DNA of 63,931 nt, counting the filler, from an uncultured Methanosarcinales archaeon (GTDB taxonomy: Archaea; Nanobdellota; Nanobdellia; Woesearchaeales; CAYXTQ01), in NCBI GenBank assembly GCA_964608065.1. It is 3 parts of 3 records of this genome, joined end to end, with 100 filler letters (N's around TTAATTAATTAA, not from the genome) between each part and the next. Parts side by side here need not be neighbours in the genome. Positions count along the whole stretch, not along the records: positions 58,312 to 63,931 come from CAZSMA010000088.1; 2 more parts are not named here. One strand, given 5' to 3'. A model generated the notes under the pieces. That model saw only the letters and a program-made list of their open reading frames with translations. It was not told the origin of the DNA and did not search any database. The position numbers and the translations under genes were made by a program. Positions 60,345-63,931 of this stretch are shown one piece after another (position 1 is the stretch's first letter; every line of letters begins with the position of its first letter).

Positions 60345-61604
60345 ATGGTAAACTTTGAGGATTTAAAGGAAGAATGTATTATGTGTTATGATTTTGAATC
60401 AAATAGTCCTGTTTCTAAATTTTTTCAATGGTTAAGATGGAATTACCTTAACGATACTAGATCAAAAAAAGGCCCAAGTACCATAAATGCGAGCAGAGAA
60501 TTTGAAAAAGCCAGGCTTATGATTGACAGACACGCAAATGACTTTGGACAACAACTAGCTATGTTTTTTGACGAAACTCTAAAACCAACTAGACACAGCA
60601 AAGCTTATTCAGCTCTTTCAAAAGATAAAATTGTTGCCATGATTGCACAAGGAAAGTTTCATGGAAGTGTTCCTTCAATCGATAGCACCCTTGCTTTTAA
60701 CCTAGGCAGAGATACTTGGTCATTATTTCAAAAAAGAGGATCAGGAACAATTGATGAAAGAGTTACCTCACTAAAAATTTCGCAATACTTAAGTGAAAAC
60801 AAAGCACTTTTAAGAAAAGAGGGATTTGATACATATATAGCTGATCATTCTGGTTTCTGTTGGATGAACGAAACAGAACTCCTTGATAAAGGCTTCATGG
60901 ATGAAAGAGGAATAGATTTTTTGAGATTAGTCCCACTTCTAGTGCCTGTAAAGCACGTAGTACTAAGCCCTATTGAAAGTCCAATATACAGGGTGGGGAA
61001 AAAAAAAGAATCCAAGGAAAAAATAATTGATGAATTTTTGCAATCCGCTCCAACACATTTATCTTATAGGTTCAAACATTCTTTACTCTGGAAAATTTTT
61101 GAAAGGTTATGTTCAGACGACCCTATTGTAAAAGAATACGTTTGGGATGATGAGGGCAAAACACATACAATTAGTGATTGGATAGCATATCGTAAAGTTG
61201 TTAAAAATTATACAGAAGTAGGAAGAACAGAAAATGCTTTGAGGCAGGCAGAAAAAATTGGTCCATTTGACGTAAAAGTTATTGAGTCTAAAGATTTATA
61301 TAAGAGACCTAAAGAAAAGAGGAAAAAAAACGATACTCCAGAAAAAGATGAAGCATATAGAGCTAGACATTTATTGTTAGAATTGGAAAAAGGGAATGAT
61401 AAATTTGTTGCTGAAATTCAAATTGTGGATTTGAATCAATATTTTTTAAACGAGATTTATGGTGGTCCAGAAAGGCATAAAAGAGCAATTGATACATATA
61501 ACCAATTACCATCCAATAAAAAAGCATTATGTGAATACTACAGACCAATATTAGAGGAAGTTATAGGCAAAAAAGACAGATTAGTATTTGATATACCTCG
61601 ATAA
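60345..61604 (+). CDS. RelA/SpoT synthetase-like nucleotidyltransferase with uncharacterised N-terminal domain
   Basis: YRFKHS..K, SDWIAYR, KDLYKRPK..AYRARH, AEIQIV in the order of the Syn1-Syn4 motifs. Confidence 0.65.
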   Translation: MVNFEDLKEECIMCYDFESNSPVSKFFQWLRWNYLNDTRSKKGPSTINASREFEKARLMIDRHANDFGQQLAMFFDETLKPTRHSKAYSALSKDKIVAMIAQGKFHGSVPSIDSTLAFNLGRDTWSLFQKRGSGTIDERVTSLKISQYLSENKALLRKEGFDTYIADHSGFCWMNETELLDKGFMDERGIDFLRLVPLLVPVKHVVLSPIESPIYRVGKKKESKEKIIDEFLQSAPTHLSYRFKHSLLWKIFERLCSDDPIVKEYVWDDEGKTHTISDWIAYRKVVKNYTEVGRTENALRQAEKIGPFDVKVIESKDLYKRPKEKRKKNDTPEKDEAYRARHLLLELEKGNDKFVAEIQIVDLNQYFLNEIYGGPERHKRAIDTYNQLPSNKKALCEYYRPILEEVIGKKDRLVFDIPR

Positions 61605-61605
61605 T

Positions 61606-63363
61606 TCAAACCCCCCACATAGGCTCTATTTTCCTCATAATCTCAGCAATCTCTTTCAACAAAGTAATCTCCTCTCTTTTTAAATTCTTTTTCAAATCTT
61701 TTAATTTTCTAAAATCTTTATCAGTAATTGCAGAATACAATACATCTCCTTCATTAATCTGTCTTCCAACTGTAACATTTGGTAGAGAAATAGCAACTTG
61801 TTTTCCTTTCTCAGCTTTAGAAACATTTTCCTGCTCTAACTGTATTGACTTGATCTCTGTTATCTCTTTTCCATCTTTTTTCATCAAAGGAATTCCTGGC
61901 TTTATCACACCTTCTAAAACATCAACACCAACAACAGCAGGATTGTTCTGTCTGAAAATATAGCCTTTCATAATCTGTATCTTGCATGGCATAACCAATG
62001 CTTCCATCTCCTTTTCTTCTAATCTTTTCTTTAACTCTTCCTGCCATTTATCAAAATCTTCTATTAATTTATATATAACATCATGTACAATAACCTTAAC
62101 TTCATCATAACATATTCCACTATTATCTTTTACATTAAATCCAAGAATTACAGATTTTGTTGGATCTTCTTCAGCAATTGTCAGAGCTTCCTGCATATCT
62201 TTTTTCTGTATATCACCTATTGTGGCTCTTTTTATTGGAATTTTCTTCTCTTTCAGTAAATTAACTACAGCTTCCAAGCTTCCTAAAGAATCTGCTTTTA
62301 CTATAATGCCTCCTTTATCAGTATCTATCAACACTTCCTGGACTGTTTTTTTTATTTCTTCCTTTGCTTTTTCAACATCTGAAGTTACCAGAACAGGCAT
62401 TCCTGCTACAGCTTTATCCAGATCAGGTGCTGATATCCTTACACCAGTAGCAGCATGAACTTCTTTAACTGACTTAAACTTAGATTTTTTATCTCTCATC
62501 TCAGCTAAAGCTTTTGGCTCAAACAAAGCTCTTACTTTTGTTACAATAGGCTCATCTAAAGTTCCAACTATAATAGTATCATTAACCTTTAACTTGCCAT
62601 CATAAATTATCACATCAATAACATTTCCCACACCTTTTCCTTCTTTAACCTCTAGAATTGTTCCTTTTGCCCCACATTCAGAATCATACTTCAGACCTTT
62701 TTCCAAAAACCTCTGTGCTAATCCTGATATAACCATCAATAACTCTGGAATTCCATCTCCTGTTTCAGCTGAAGTTGGAACTATTGCAATCTGTTTTGTA
62801 TAATCTTCTACTCTGTCAAACCTTTCAGAATTAAATCCTAATTCAGATAGTTTTCCAACTATCTCATATAGTTTTTTATCTAATATTTCCTGTATCTTTT
62901 GTCCTTGTTCTTTTATTGTATCCAACAATAACTTATCTTTAGTTTGCCATCCTTGTATCAAATCTATTTTATTTGCAGCTATTATAAAAGGTGTTTTGTA
63001 TTGTTTTAATATTTCTATACATTCTAAACTCTGCTCTTTAAATCCTTCAGTAATGTTTATTACCAAAATAGCAATATCAGCTAAATTACCCCCTCTTTTT
63101 CTTAAATTAGTAAAAGCAGCGTGGCCTGGTGTATCTATAAATAATAAACCTGGAATTGTAAAATCAAGCTTTAATTTTGTTAATAAATCACCACATATTT
63201 TTTTTACAATTTCTAAAGGTATAATAGAAGCTCCAATAGCTTGTGTTATCTTCCCTGCTTCTGTTTGAACAATAGACGTACCCCTAATTCTATCTAAAAT
63301 AGCAGTTTTCCCATGGTCAACATGACCCTGCATTACTATTATGACTTGTCTTATTTTTTTCAT
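61606..63363 (-). CDS. infB: Translation initiation factor aIF5B/IF-2
   Basis: GHVDHGKT, EAGKITQAIGA, DTPGH.AF.NLR.RGG, NKID; no intein. Confidence 0.96.
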   Translation of the reverse strand: MKKIRQVIIVMQGHVDHGKTAILDRIRGTSIVQTEAGKITQAIGASIIPLEIVKKICGDLLTKLKLDFTIPGLLFIDTPGHAAFTNLRKRGGNLADIAILVINITEGFKEQSLECIEILKQYKTPFIIAANKIDLIQGWQTKDKLLLDTIKEQGQKIQEILDKKLYEIVGKLSELGFNSERFDRVEDYTKQIAIVPTSAETGDGIPELLMVISGLAQRFLEKGLKYDSECGAKGTILEVKEGKGVGNVIDVIIYDGKLKVNDTIIVGTLDEPIVTKVRALFEPKALAEMRDKKSKFKSVKEVHAATGVRISAPDLDKAVAGMPVLVTSDVEKAKEEIKKTVQEVLIDTDKGGIIVKADSLGSLEAVVNLLKEKKIPIKRATIGDIQKKDMQEALTIAEEDPTKSVILGFNVKDNSGICYDEVKVIVHDVIYKLIEDFDKWQEELKKRLEEKEMEALVMPCKIQIMKGYIFRQNNPAVVGVDVLEGVIKPGIPLMKKDGKEITEIKSIQLEQENVSKAEKGKQVAISLPNVTVGRQINEGDVLYSAITDKDFRKLKDLKKNLKREEITLLKEIAEIMRKIEPMWGV

Positions 63364-63787
63364 ATCCCATCACTTTTTGATAAAAACTTAATAACTTTTC
63401 TCCTTTCTTAGTTAGTGAATAAATTAGTTGTTTATATTTGTTTTCTTTGTTTATTTTTGTCTTTAAATAACCTCCTTTTTTAAGCTTTGCTAAATAATGC
63501 CTTGTAGTAACTATTGACAAATTCAAAAATTGTGCAGATCTTCTAGTATTTCTATAACCTAATGATACTGCATTTAAATAAATAAAAGATCTATTTCCTT
63601 TAAATCCTATGAAAGCATTTAAAAATTTATTCTTTCTTCCATGATGTGTAATCAAATCTAATTCTACTATTTTTTTGAAATTCTGATAGTTATGAATATT
63701 TACACCCCAGTAACCTTTATTTTTCCGGAAATATTGTTTACTTGTACTAATTCTAATAATATCACAAATTTTTTTAAATATAATAAA
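63317..63787 (-). pseudogene. 5'-truncated LAGLIDADG-like endonuclease with C-terminal wHTH
   Basis: Frame open from 63787 without ATG (..YWGVNIHNYQNFKKIVELDLITHHGRKNKF..HYLAKLKKGGYL..YSLTKKGE); in-frame TGA at 63788-63790. Confidence 0.5.
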
Positions 63788-63789
63788 TC

Positions 63790-63826
63790 AGAAATCTCCG
63801 CACTTTAGTGCGTTGAGATGAATGAC
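63790..63826. repeat. Palindrome resembling an IS200/IS605-type end
   Basis: GAAATCTCCGCAC-TTTA-GTGCGTTGAGATGAAT hairpin. Confidence 0.4.
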
Positions 63827-63861
63827 TTAGAAATCTTTTTCTTATCTAAAAAAAAAAAAAA

Positions 63862-63931
63862 TTAGACACTACTCATCACAATCATAGTTCTTGTTTTATC
63901 AATACCATCTATTTCTCTTAGTTTTTTAATT
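63862..63931 (-). CDS. 3' end of the Lrp/AsnC gene (overlap with contig 2 start)
   Basis: 63877-63931 identical to 29173-29227; continues ..RTMIV-MSSV-stop. Confidence 0.9.
   Translation of the reverse strand, partial: IKKLREIDGIDKTRTMIVMSSV

Noticed and set aside
1760..63268. Numerous short antisense or alternate-frame ORFs in the track (e.g. 9180-9626, 43003-43518, 53309-53812)
   Set aside because: They lie within well-supported genes and show no recognisable motifs
61606..63363. Intein in aIF5B
   Set aside because: GHVDHGKT is continuous and the protein length is normal

Overview
AT-rich archaeal genome segment. Gene content (rpl10e, rpl7ae, rpl24e, rps28e, EF-1alpha, EF-2, aIF5B, GatDE, HerA/Mre11, Cdc48) fits a DPANN lineage, probably Woesearchaeota-like (inference). 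It is three contigs joined by artificial N-TTAATTAATTAA-N linkers (29073-29172, 58212-58311). The last 55 nt of the window are identical to the start of contig 2 and complete the Lrp/AsnC gene. Core content is translation genes, tRNA-Arg(CCT), a two-intron tRNA-Thr(TGT), an AsnC/AsnA/AsnRS/AlaX cluster, an oxidative-stress cluster and oapABC-like genes. Accessory content is several toxin-antitoxin-like pairs, a 1937-aa mosaic surface protein with a pilin-like gene between nnrE and nnrD, a 528-aa intein in the HerA P-loop and two free-standing LAGLIDADG genes (one truncated). Most notable: (1) a neighbouring RelA/SpoT-type synthetase-like gene and HD hydrolase-like gene beside aIF5B, a candidate archaeal alarmone or toxSAS module; (2) a family of palindromic MITE/REP-like repeats with the 11-bp inverted repeat TCAAAAACCAC, one copy in frame inside truD; (3) a tandem k-turn in the rpl7ae leader; (4) a trio of tandem paralogues of unknown function. 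All calls are by-eye motif recognition; no searches were run.
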